A DNA stretch of 63,721 nt, filler included, from Octopus bimaculoides (Eukaryota), in NCBI RefSeq assembly GCF_001194135.2. It is 6 parts of 4 records of this genome, joined end to end, with 100 filler letters (N's around TTAATTAATTAA, not from the genome) between each part and the next. Parts side by side here need not be neighbours in the genome. Positions count along the whole stretch, not along the records: positions 26,079 to 49,974 come from NC_068995.1; 5 more parts are not named here. One strand, written 5' to 3'. Shown piece after piece: positions 35,897 through 48,281 of this stretch. Below the pieces are notes generated by a model. It had not been told where the DNA came from. It saw only the letters and a list, made by a program, of their open reading frames with translations, and did no database searches. Numbering within the stretch: position 1 is the stretch's first letter; each line of letters opens with the position of its first letter. The translations under genes were made by a program, and so were the position numbers.

Positions 35897-37135
35897 TGTT
35901 ACGTTCAAGGGGAAATGTGTCAGTTGTGCGTCAGGCTTTTATGTCAGTATTTGCCAGTCTGGAGGAGTGACGAACGGAACGGGGCGATTACCGGTTGAAG
36001 GATCAGCTTCATCAAGCAAGGGCTACTCTTGGAGGCCAGGGGGATTGTGTAGTCGTAAGGCTTGAGGAGCTCTCGGGATACGATCATTGGTGGCAGGTCT
36101 GAGGTAGGAGAGGTGGTGAAGATGGGGGAAGCTGGCGTGGCTCTGGGGATAGGTGTTGGAGATGAGTTCCCGGTCGTGGTGGTCTTGGTGTCAGGAAGTG
36201 GGCACGTTAGGTAGGCCGGAGGCGTCGGTGGTGTAGCTGCATGAAGAGCAGTTAAACTGAGTTGAGAAGATAGTCTCGTCTTTGGTGTTGGCGTCAGGAA
36301 TACAGATGGTCCAGGAATTATTGGTTGGGTTGAGGATTTGTCAGGGAGGTCGACCACAAGGCATAGGCTGTTGAATATTGCAGATATATGGTCTTCCATA
36401 TCAGCTACGTTGGTTTGAGCATGTCGCTGAGGACGGCGTTGTCGGCAGCAGACACTCTCATAGTGGTGCAGGATGTCACACGTAGCACACTTGTGGTTAC
36501 AGGCGGAGCATTTCTTCATGCGTTCCTGTATATGACGCCCGTGGCCGTGTTTTCCGCAGTGACTGCAGGGAGTAGAGGCGGGTGTATCACAGGCTTCACT
36601 GGATTTATTGACCAGCGAGTGCCGCTCCTGACGCCTATATGAGCTATAGTGGTTCTGTAGCCCATGAAACGGCTGGCTGAGCAATTTCCGCTTTCTTTTG
36701 CTTCGATGTACCTGAGGCCTTCTTCCAGGGTCATGTCTTACTTGAAGTCCCCCAGGATGTCAAGGCGGATCTCCTCATCCTCCAACCCACGGCAATCAAT
36801 CGTGGCATGGCAGCCCTCCGAGGGGCATTCCACCTTAAATCTGACGGCCCTCGGAGACGCGCAGCGAAGGCCCTGGAGAGTTCGTCCCGGTCCTGGCGCA
36901 TCTGTTGTAGCTGCACGCGAGCGACCATGACATTTTCTTGGCGAACTGCCAGGGACTTAATGTGACTGAGGACTGTTCGCTCATTTTTGAAGGCCAGCGC
37001 GCCGAACGTCCGTGTGAGATCTTTTCTCGGAGTCTCGTCGCAACATTCAAGAAGCTGGAAGATGACGTTGTTACCCATAAGACGAGTGGCATATTTGTAG
37101 TCTGACCATCTCTGCTCAAAGTAAGCCCGGTATCT
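35897..37135 (-). mobile_element. Gypsy-type LTR retrotransposon, gag region of an internally deleted relic
   Basis: YFEQRWSDYKYATRL..QLLECCDE..RKDL..RQDRDE..AFAARLRG..TLEEGLRYIEAKESG..CSHCGKHGH..C. The minus strand ends in ..GTAACA at 35897. No RT was found. Confidence 0.78.
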
Positions 37136-38708
37136 ATGTAGTGTACATGTATGTGGTGTACCAGTATCTCTGCAATGTACATTTATGAGTCTAGGCGAAA
37201 TATTTGGGGAATAATCGAACTTTCAACAGTTTTTTACTAATATATTTCATGTTATTTACATTTTACTAATGCAAACAAAATTTTATTTATGTCATTCAGT
37301 TCATAATTGATTATCTTTACATTTAACCTAGTCACACATCTTTTATGTTTTCCATTGATGTAATGACTGATTTAATATTTCTATATTATCTAAGTTCGCT
37401 ATTTAGAGGATAATGTGTGTGCGTGTATGGGCGTGTATGTAGGCGCACACGTGTGCGTGTTTGTTTAATTTGTGAATATTATCCTTTAAACTGAAATTAT
37501 CGGGAAATCCTTTCCCTACAATTCTTTGATTTATCTCTAAAATTATATATTTTCCTATGTTTAAAATTAAATTTAAATACTGTTGTCAAGTATAGTTTCT
37601 TACGTTTCACGTTGTCTTTCATATAAACAGTCACAAATTTGTTCAGTTAATGCGTCCTATGCAACATATTTATATTAAGGATAATATATTTTACTTAACC
37701 CTATATCCGAAATTGTTATCTATTGTAATTTATAACATTAGTTTTCTTACTTTTCCGATATCAAGCAAGATAGTATTGTATTATTCATTAGCATTTATTC
37801 TGAGAGATTATTGATGAGAGCGCCTTGAAAGTTGTAAACAACCGCATGAACAATTGAAGCGTCATTTCCCTCTCTCATATTTAAAGTTTGGGTCATGTTT
37901 GCTCATACACGTGAGATCTTCTGTGACTCCTTCTTTTTCAATATATATTATTGATCATTTTATCAGACTGTTTGTTTCGATTTTAATTTATCCAGAAGTT
38001 AGACCTTTTTTTGCCTTCTATTCGGCAGTGCTTTCTCTTGTGCTCTTTAAAGATATTTTGAAGATTTTCAACAAGCTTAATGAGTACTACCATACAGCTG
38101 TGTCAGCTGAAGAAGTAGTCACAGATATTAGCAACAGGGGGGGCTTTCGACTGATTCACTTTCTGCATCATGTTAACTATCGAATGCATTGACATATAGT
38201 CGTTAACTCGTTGAAATAGAAATTAGGGAAAATAGATTCAGTTTTATTCGAGTCTGAGATAAAGCAATAAAGAACTCTGAAACTTCCAGGTTGATATCTT
38301 TTTATTTAATGACAATATTTACTTTTTACAGTGAGGCTAATTATATAAACGTTGTCAAAATGTGAGCTCTTATGCACATTATAGTAGACGAATTGAATTT
38401 CGATCTGCATTTCTGTGCACTATGAATAGCTATGAATTATTATTTGTGATAATAAAAAAAATGAGAACTCGGAGTCTAATAAAATTGTGCAAAAACCTAA
38501 ATTTGTTAGGTCAATTTTTAGTCGTTGTTTTTGTTAAAGAAGGGTAAAATATGAAGTCTTATTATAATGTGCATTTTTCTCAGTGCGGCTGGCTAAAAAT
38601 ATATGTTTAGTAAATACACAGACTTGTATGTCATACAACTCTAATGATTCTATGTTTGTGCATATATATAATATATTTATTAAAGAATTATTTTCTCCTG
38701 ACTTTCAG

Positions 38709-39035
38709 TGAATTTATTCAGTGATTCTTCTTATTATGGCCGTGTTGGAATATTTGTCAATGATTCTTGGATGGGTATTTGCAACGCTGGGTTTGGTTCT
38801 ACGGAAGCCAATGTTTTATGTCGAGAATTGGGTTTCGTTTCTGGTACAAAGCAAAAATACCCACCTGAAGGTTTTGTTTTTGAAAATATCCCAGTAAATA
38901 TAAACACTCATATAACAAGGCTACGATGTACAGGAACAGAAGCATCACTATTAGAGTGTAAGCTGGAATTTGGACAATGCCCTTCGGAGAGATTTGTTTC
39001 TGTATTTTGTGCTGATTCTGAAAATCCTGATGCTC
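38709..39035 (+). CDS. SRCR-domain protein exon, domain 4
   Basis: Acceptor actttcag, donor gtaagt. 327 nt, phase 1-1: GRVGIFVNDSWMGICNAGFGSTEANVLCRELGF..LRCTGTEASLLEC..C..VSVFC. Confidence 0.95.
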
Positions 39036-39429
39036 GTAAGTACTCAACAATGTTAATATTGAAGTGCAATGTTTCATTGTTTTTAATTTTTACTTCAAAC
39101 TTATGAGAAGAAATACTTCATATAACATATAATAGAGAAAAGTATACAAGACATTTATGACATAAATCATTTGTAGTACCCGAGTACTATGCAATGTCAT
39201 TGATAATGCGATCGATCGATCGATAAACGATATATCTCTATATATCGTCCGTATTCACTCATTCACTACGTTCTCGTTTCTGCCTTAGATTCGCCCTTAA
39301 AATACCTTGCCTTAATGCATACAGTGTGCAGACGTATCTGTGTAGAACTTTGGTTTGTAAGTGAAATCTGGTAGGCGAAATTATGCAGAAGACTGTCATG
39401 TATACATATATAAATATATACATACATAT

Positions 39430-42400
39430 TGTTGTGGAAAGACCCTGACCACCCCCACGTGACTGACGCATTTCAATAAAATAGAGAACTGTCGGTAGTT
39501 GACAGAGTGGTGTGTTGTGGAAATTTGATTTTTGAAACTGTTATTGAAATTGTTGATATTGTGGTTGGATTGTTGATTGAACTATTGTTGAATTTGTTTT
39601 TTCTACCCATTGTTGGGCATGGAAGCTGGCAGCTATGCTGCGGTGGTGGGCAAAAGCCCGGCACCCAACATGTTGCAGCTGAGGCAAGTTGAGACGGAAG
39701 GAAGAGATTTTAAAGAATATAATGGACCAATTGTGAAGGAGGGAGATTGCCTCCGCTTAACACCACCAGCCAACATGTTTCAAAGGGCAGAGAGAAAAAG
39801 AATAGTTTACCGAACGTTTAACATAGAAACCAAAAAGACTGAAGTAGCGGAAATCGAAGAAATTGAGAAATGTTTACAAGAGATTAAAGAAGTTACAGCA
39901 TTTTGCTCGAGAGAAAGGAAGTACGGCACGGTGGAGGTGCGCTTCGTTAACGACGAGGACGCAAGGCCTTTGAGATCAACAAAGTGGGCACTCTTACCGA
40001 CCTACTGCGGAGAGTGTCCCCCAGAGATTGACGAAGCATGGCTAGTGACAGCCATCATCTACAACTCCGAGGAGAAGGTAGATATAATAAAGGTGGAGAA
40101 GGTGGATATAATAAAGGTGGAGAAGTCGGAGATCAACTGGCGGGGTTATGGTCTCGAAGCTTTGATACACATAACTCTGCCAGATCTACATAAGATGGCG
40201 GAGGAGTTGGTGCTCCCCGATGAGACCCGACTAGTGGTGGGGGAGGGAGACCGCCAATATGCTATAACTGCAGAGAAAGGGGACACATGCAAGCAAGGTG
40301 CCCCCAGAAACAAGGACAGATGGAGGTAGTAGAAGCAGTGGTGGTAGAAGCGGAGAGGGGAAAAGGAGGAGGAAGTTGCAACAGACAGGAAAAGAACGAG
40401 AATGGAGTCTCTGCCAAAGAGTCCCCCAAAAAAAGAAAAGCGGAGACAAAGAAACAAGTTACAATGGAAAAAGAGAGTATGGAGATTCGAACACAGGAAC
40501 CAGAGCCAACAACAAGCAGGGGAAAAAAACCGAAGAGCAAAGAGCGAGAGAGAAGAAGTATGATTAGAAGGAGAAAATAAGGAGAGAGGAATATGTAGCA
40601 CAAACAGGACAGATTGCTGGACGAAATATAAAGAACAATGTTAAGATATAGTAAGGATATAGAGATAGAAAAAAAATTAGCAAAAATGAAAAATCTAATA
40701 AGAGTCAAACTGAATTATGATATGTTCGAACCTGATGAAAGAGCGGTTTTATTGGAGGAAGAGAAAAAGGAAAGATTGATGGAGTTATTTGGAACCAGAA
40801 TTAGACCTACCGGGATATATATACAATATGACAGTTTACCCAATGTGATGGAACTAGAGAACCTCATGGAATACATATCAGACAAAAAAGACTGATAATC
40901 AATATGTATAATTAGAACAGTAAAATGGAACTACAAGCTTTGGGGGCTCGTAAGCCATTACATCCTTTCATTGTTAAATATTTCATTTCGTATTTCATCA
41001 TTCGTTTTATGTACCCCACGTTTTGTGTTGTCTGTCCTTGTAATGTCCCCTCGTTTTTAAGGCTACATGCCGCAATAAAGAAATCAGTTGACAGCGCTGA
41101 CCGTTCGTATTGGATTATTGTGTTAATTTAATATCGTACCTTCGCTTGGCGTAGTACGGAGCACGTTCTGTGTGAACATATTAACTCTGCGAAAGGTTAT
41201 TCTAGATAACCATATCCAAATATTTATTTGGGTAAAACTATTCTACACCCTTGTGCACATGCGAACGTCATCATAACATTATTGGCGATGAGATATTCAA
41301 ACCCACGACATAAGATTACTGAGGACGAGGATATTCGAACTCAGGCTGGGTAGATTGTTGTTTGGAACATGGAAAATTATTAGCGTCAGTAATTGAATTA
41401 CAAAGACAACGACAACAGCAGCAACAACAGCAGTAACAACAGCATTTGATGGAATTGCAGAAGCAACAGCAACTATTAATACAACTGCTATTCCACAAAA
41501 CAGAAAATTCATCGACTTCGTTGATAAAGTTGGCCGGGCACGAAAAATACTGCAACTATATATTGCCTAAGAGACCGGGGGAAGTCTGTTTTAAAGAAAC
41601 TGTTGATATCCTTTGAAAGATTTTCAGCGAGGAAGCTCTTTATTTAATACGCGTTGGCAATGCATGAAAATTGCAAAAAAGCGGACGAAATTTTATTACA
41701 TGCGCTGGAATTGTTAATAGGGAATGCGAAAGATTTAAAATCAATGAACTGACACCAGATATGTTCAAATGCTTAATTTTCGTGCAAGGTTTAACGGCAA
41801 GACGCAGAAATTTGCAACTGAATTCTAACTAAATTAGAGCAGAATCAAAAGCTAACACTACAAGAAATATCTGAACAATGCCAGAGAATAATAAACCTAA
41901 AGTATGATACGGAACAAATTGACATAAGAAACTGCTCCCATATACAATCGGTGCCACCGAAAGTAAAATAAAAGCAGAAAACCCATGTTTTGGATGTTGA
42001 TAATTACACTACAGATTCCACGGTCCTTATAAAAATCGAAAATGCTTCAAGCGTAGTAAAATAAGTCATAAAAAATCACACTATAAAAAAAACTTTAAAA
42101 ACGGTTCAACAGAAAAAATCATGTAAATAGTTTATCGGTAACAAGAAATACGAACAAGCCGCAAAGGAAATTTGAGTGTGTAAAAATTAATAATACAAAT
42201 GTAAAATTACAATTAGATACAGGTAGTGACATTAATTAATGAAAACACATGGAAAAAATCGAGAAATCTACACTGCAGAAAACATCGAAAAACTGCTCGT
42301 GGTGTCTCAAGGATTGAATTAATTTTTAAAGGCGAAATTATTCGTAATGCTATATTTCGCGGTTAGACGATAAAAACGAAAGCTTATGTATTAAAAAAAT

Positions 42401-43695
42401 ACAAGCAACCTTTTTACAATTGACTGGAAGGAACTGTTCGACTTACGAGATTTACCCATAAATACTTTTTCTAAAATTGTAATGGAGCCATGCGCCAGTT
42501 CAAATACAGAGTCAGAAAATTTTTAAAAGAAGTTAAAATGGTGTTTCCTAATGTTTCTCGGACGAGTTGTGTCGGTGCAATAAATTCAAAGCCAAATATC
42601 AGGTGATAGAAAATGCATTACCACTTTTCAAACTCAAACGCAATATGCCGTTTGCAGCACTGGAACAGGTAAATAAAGAATTAGACAGACTGGAAAAAAT
42701 GGGAGTGATTGAAAAGATTGATTACTCAGATTGAGCGAGTTCAACTATGTACATTAAAAAGAACAATAAAATACGTGTTTCTGCAGGTTTCTCGACGGGA
42801 CTAATCGACTGTTTAAAACAGTATAACTACTCGTTACTTATCCCAGATAAATTGTTCTCAAAATTAGATCTGTCTGATGCCTAGTTACAGATAATTGTGT
42901 AAGACGATTGTTCTAAGCTATTAACTATCAATACACATAAAGGTCTGGACAAGTTTAACCGGCTTCCGTTTGGCATACATTTCAACAAGTGATGCTTGCA
43001 GAGTGTGACTTCGCCATGGCCTACCTGGATGATATATATAAATTAAAAGTGAACCCCGTGATCAGCATATCGAACACGTAAAATATGTGTTCGAAAAAAT
43101 AAGGAATTACGGCTTTAAGCGTGAATTCTTTTTACCTAAAATGAAATATTTAGGACAAATTTTTCATAAAATTGGTCGTCAACCAAACCCGTCGCGGGCA
43201 GTAATGTTATTAACAATATGCCATCTTCGACAAATATATCTACCTTACAAGCTTTTGGGGGACTTGCAAACTACTATCAAATTTATATACTAAATATGAA
43301 CAAGGTAAGAAGCTCCACTAAATAATCTACTAAAAAGAGATGTAAAGTGGAATTGGTCTCAAAATTGTCAGAAGGCATTCAACGAAATTAAAAGATATTA
43401 ACATCAGATTTGTCTTTAGCACATTTCGATCCTGCAGTGGAGATTGTAGGTGCTTCTGGGTGCGGTATCGGAGCAGTAATGCTAAATAAAAATAGAGACG
43501 GGACATGAAGACGTTTGCTAAACTACAGCCAAATTGAAAAAGAGGTTCTAGCGATTATTTTTGCCGTTAAAAAGTTTCATAAATTTTTACACGTTAGAAA
43601 TTTTCAACTATAGACTGATCATCGTCCGTTATTATCTATATATATGTATATGAGTCGAATAAAGGAATTCCTACCCATACTGCTAACAGGTTGCT
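39430..43695 (+). mobile_element. Gypsy LTR retrotransposon relic (split 5' LTR, PBS, gag, PR, RT, RNase H; no integrase or 3' LTR)
   Basis: LTR termini TGTTGTG (39430) and CATAACA (41272-41278). PBS-like TGGCGATGAG at 41283-41292. LDTGSD at about 42213, AYLDD at about 43020, and YSQIEKE..AIIFAVKKFH..TDHRPL at 43520-43630. Many stops and frameshifts. Confidence 0.88.
39506..41085 (+). mobile_element. ORF1-only non-LTR element (gag-like, one CCHC knuckle) flanked by a 9-bp TSD
   Basis: AGTTGACAG at 39497-39505 and 41086-41094. ATG at 39619. GRPPICYNCRERGHMQARCP (knuckle 40260-40301) follows a frameshift. Last stop at 40895, AATAAA at 41074-41079. No endonuclease or RT sequence. Confidence 0.78.
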
Positions 43696-43954
43696 TATTC
43701 AGCTCTATTCACAGACAATACAGGTGGGAAATCTTTATATATCATACATAAACATACTCACACAAGAATACAAACGTCTTTTTATTATCCAAAATGAAAA
43801 CAAACTCCCTTTTACTAGAGTTTAAGACAATTATCATATTGAAAATAAAAACCTAAATTAATATTAAGAGTATATAGATAGATCTGTTAGTGTCCACAAT
43901 TCGTGCAACAATTTCCTATTAATAATATTATTGGTATTCTTCATTTCTTTTCAG

Positions 43955-44278
43955 TTTTACACACACGAATACAAAATATCTATTATGGAGTACTTGAAGC
44001 ACAAATATTTAATCAGTGGTCAACAATTTGTCCAGTTGGGTGGAACGATAAAGCTGCTCATGTCGCATGTAGAGAACTTGATTTTTATGATGGGGTAGCG
44101 ATATATGCATCTCGCAGTACATACTCTACGAACGCACCTCCAGTTATTTTAAGTCATTTCAACTGTACTGGAACGGAAGGCAGCTTATCTCACTGCTCTT
44201 ACACAGCTTTTGATGACTACACTAACTGTACTTTTGATCAAGACCACGTAGCTGGTGTTCTTTGCTTTAAAAGTTTCG
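43955..44278 (+). CDS. SRCR-domain protein exon, domain 5
   Basis: Acceptor cttttcag, donor gtaata. 324 nt, phase 1-1: GVLEAQIFNQWSTICPVGWNDKAAHVACRELDF..FNCTGTEGSLSHC..C..VAGVLC. Confidence 0.95.
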
Positions 44279-44497
44279 GTAATATCTTTTTATTTATGTT
44301 CATGTTTTAAGTTTTATCACAATAACTTGGTCCGTACAACATTTTAACTAATGTAGAAGTTTCTTTGAACGTAAAGTAGGGATGTTTTAATAACCAGTGC
44401 GGTCTATAAAACTCAATTTCTGAAATGAAATATTCGATGTTTCTACGTATTCCTATCTGAATTCTGTTGTATAATGTTATGCCAATGTTTTTTGCAG

Positions 44498-44818
44498 AGG
44501 GAGTCCGCTTTCGTTTAGCAGATGGTCTGAGTGTCAGCCAAGGTCGAATGGAAGTTTTTTTTGATGGATTGTGGAGATCAATTTGTAAAGAAATATGGAC
44601 TGATAAAGATGTTAAAGTGTTTTGCAAGTCATTGGGATACAAAGATGGGATTGTTGGATATAGTAAATTGAAAAAAACTTCAAATTCGCTTTCAGTACTG
44701 GGTGTTTATTCTTGTAATGGAGATGAGACATCCCTCCTACAGTGTAACAATACCTGGATCCACCAGGGCGCTAAATGCAAAAACACAGAAGAACCTAAAG
44801 CTGTTTGTTACAAGTCAG
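44498..44818 (+). CDS. SRCR-domain protein exon, domain 6
   Basis: Acceptor ttttgcag, donor gtaggt. 321 nt, phase 1-1: FRLADGLSVSQGRMEVFFDGLWRSICKEIWTDKDVKVFCKSLGY..YSCNGDETSLLQC..C..KAVC. Confidence 0.95.
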
Positions 44819-46240
44819 GTAGGTCATGAAAAAAATACCTATATTAAAAATTTGTCTTTTAATAATTATTAAGCGATAAAAAATTATCACTTTTGAGAAC
44901 TTTCAAATGGGTTGGGTTCGTAATCAAGTATTTATGTAATAGTTATCTCATATTCAACTATTAGCATTAATAGCTTTATTGCGGATAGTCTATTATTATA
45001 GAGAAACAGTGTAACCGATTCGCAAAAAAATTTCAAAAGACGTTATGTATCCTTATTTTAAACCTTACTGACATTCTATTTTTTAAGTTATCTTAATTAA
45101 TTGAAATTTCTGAATTGTCTACCCATCTATTTGTACGCAAACCTCCATATTACCATGCAGGGGGGGGGGGACATCTCTGGTAATTCTCTACAATCATTCT
45201 ATATTTAATATGTTTATCAGTGATTGGAGCTGTACAATCTCTTCATTCTACGCTCGAGAAATAAACTTCTCTGAAGCAATGTTGCATATATATATAAATG
45301 GTCTATAGCAAACCAGTTGAAAACATGATACAACCAACATAGACACACATTTTGCAACCCAGACAAAACTTCACTCTCCAAAAATATACGGACATTAAAA
45401 TCAAGAAGTACTCCATATATCATTAAATAGAAAATATTGTCACACGCACAAAAGCATGTCTGCTAAAGGTCCCATTCGTTCCAGCAACATTCTATTTTTC
45501 AAGTTATTTTAATTAATTGAAATTTCTGAATTGTCTACCCTACTTTTTGTACACAAACCTCCATATTACCATGCAGGAGGACATCTCTGGTTAATTTCAT
45601 CAATCATTCTATATTTAATATGTTTATCAGTGATTCGATTTACACCTAATTCTGTTAGCAATCATATTTTCATAACGAAAATAACAGCATATAAGCTAAA
45701 TTTCATTTTTCAAACACTAGTCACTAAATATGAATAAGGTGTTACAACACCTACATTGCTAGAAATAAGAGCTAAAAAGCTCTAATACTGCAGTTGAAAC
45801 ACATAATTGTACACGTGTGTACTGACAGAGACCGTAAAGCACGGAATTAGCTGAAACTGACCGATTAGGATAGACAATTGTTGACCGGTGCTTTCGGGCG
45901 ATTATGATTTCTGTCAGTACATATAATATAATTATGCGCTTTAACTACAGCATTAGAGCGTTTTGGTACGTTTATAGTTTCACACCAGACTCGATTTCGG
46001 TACTAAATAATTTTTTCCCCGCGTTTTTTAGTGGGGGTGCAGTCGTCATAGTTGACCTCGTAAGCTGTTGGAAATGCATTCTTTCCGCGGAAAACGGAAG
46101 GAGTGGGGGTTTTGAGGAACCTCGGAAATTCCCCTTTCCGACCCCGTCTACTGCATTTTTTGTTTCGTTGCAATCGTCTTAATTGACCTCATTATACAAG
46201 TAAAAGAGTAAAGAGTATATATTTACACTTACATACATAC

Positions 46241-46297
<57 letters not shown>

Positions 46298-47183
46298 CAG
46301 ACATACACACATACATATANNNNNNNNNNNNNNNNNNNNNNNNNNNNNNNNNNNNNNNNNNNNNNNNNNNNNNNNNNNNNNNNNNNNNNNNNNNNNNNNN
46401 NNNNNNNNNNNNNNNNNNNNNNNNNNNNNNNNNNNNNNNNNNNNNNNNNNNNNNNNNNNNNNNNNNNNNNNNNNNNNNNNNNNNNNNNNNNNNNNNNNNN
46501 NNNNNNNNNNNNNNNNNNNNNNNNNNNNNNNNNNNNNNNNNNNNNNNNNNNNNNNNNNNNNNNNNNNNNNNNNNNNNNNNNNNNNNNNNNNNNNNNNNNN
46601 NNNNNNNNNNNNNNNNNNNNNNNNNNNNNNNNNNNNNNNNNNNNNNNNNNNNNNNNNNNNNNNNNNNTATATATATATGCTGTTGCTGGTACTACACATA
46701 AGACCTAGCGTAAGAGGTGCACTGAGCTGCCTCTTGTTCATTCAAAATAGTATCTAAAGGGAACTCATTTAGAAACAAACTTCATTCAATAAAAACTCTA
46801 AATATATCAAATACATTAAAGTTTAATTTTATTTCTAATAGAACATTTTCCTTCACTGAAGTTGCTGTATGAATACTAACTAAATCCTAGCCTGAATATT
46901 CCGAATTCTATTATTTGTTAACCAAGTGTTGCGCAAAACGAGTTTTAAACGATAGAATACCACCCTCTCTAAATTTCTAATTTCGTTCTCAATCATTACC
47001 ACGCATTGCCTTGATATGTTTTTATACTATCCTGCTTAAGATCGTCTTAAGAATATCATATGCGCTGCCGTTCAATGTGCATACATTTTTAAATATTTTC
47101 ACCCAACTGTGTGTAACTTCAAACATGTATATATTGTTCTTGATAAATGAAACTCAAACCTGCATCAAAACATTATTTTCCAG

Positions 47184-47288
47184 TTCGACTGACTGAAGGA
47201 GATAATTTTTCCAATGGAATTGTACAAATCCGACGACGTGGTAGCTGGGGAACATTATGCGATCTAAACTGGACCAAAGAAGATGCCA
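47184..47288 (+). CDS. SRCR-domain protein exon, N-terminal third of domain 7
   Basis: Acceptor ttttccag, donor gtatgt. 105 nt, phase 1-1: VRLTEGDNFSNGIVQIRRRGSWGTLCDLNWTKEDA. The partner exon was not found in the window. Confidence 0.88.
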
Positions 47289-47439
47289 GTATGTATTTTG
47301 TATTTACATTACCGTTCATAGGCTATAATCATGTCTAAAGTTTTATCTATTATGTGTACTGGAGTAATAAAGCTATAAAGAAAGCTAGAAGTAATTAGGC
47401 TATAATGAGGCCTAGAAGTATTTGAAACCAATGAAGAAG

Positions 47440-47660
47440 TAGCTTTTTTCCCGATCTGGTGACCGAGAATAAAACGTGGGCGTATTTATATGATCTCAAA
47501 ACTAATGCTCAGGAAAGACGTCACACTTACAAGCCTATCATCGGCAGAAAAATATAGGTGATTGTTCCTTGGAACAACAAAGAAGTCATTCTCCTACGAA
47601 TGTGGCTGTACAGTGAAAAGCGAGCAGTACATTGAAACAAATAAATGAGGGAAGACGTTG
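47440..47660 (+). mobile_element. highly degraded mariner-like fragment
   Basis: VTENKTWAYLYDLKTNAQ resembles the mariner segment around the first catalytic Asp (ITGDETW-type). Confidence 0.35.
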
Positions 47661-48281
47661 AGAGGAAGAGACCAAACAAAAAATCTGTAAACATTTACAT
47701 TCATCACACATCTTTGGTAACAAATTAGGCTATCGGCAAATTGGACTGGTCAGTGGTCGGTAGATCCATATTCTGCCTGTTTTGTCGGATGACGGACAGT
47801 CATTAGGAAAAGGATTTAATGACATAGACGAGATCAAAGTGTCTGTAAAATAAAGTGGGTACGACAGAACATACCTGAACTTTATCGAAAACACCAGTGC
47901 ATCATTTTCTGTATGTATGTATGTATGTATGTATGTATGTATGCATGTATGAATATATGTACGTAAATACACATATATATATTATTGCTACAGAACAAGA
48001 TGATATATATGAATACTCCTAGACTTTCTCTTGAATTGCATGGTAATACTGAATCGTAAGACTTCTAGGAAAGTCTGGCATTTGCCATCATTTAGATATC
48101 CGTAAATCATATTAGTTCCTGTCATGCAAAAAAAAAAACCAGTACAAGGGAGGTAATTCGTGATATTATATCCTGAAAACTAGATAAATTTTGCTTCGCA
48201 TATTGGAGTTATCTTTCTTGACTATGTGTAAATACATATATTTGTACGCGCACACATGAATGATACCAGTCGATTAGCAAA

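Noticed and set aside
38584-38604. Possible micro-exon VRLAKN before SRCR domain 4
   Set aside because: The donor is weak, and exon 38709 already supplies the domain start in the correct phase.
47725-47760. KLGYRQIGL as the possible continuation of SRCR domain 7
   Set aside because: It lacks the preceding VC motif and hits a stop within 10 codons.
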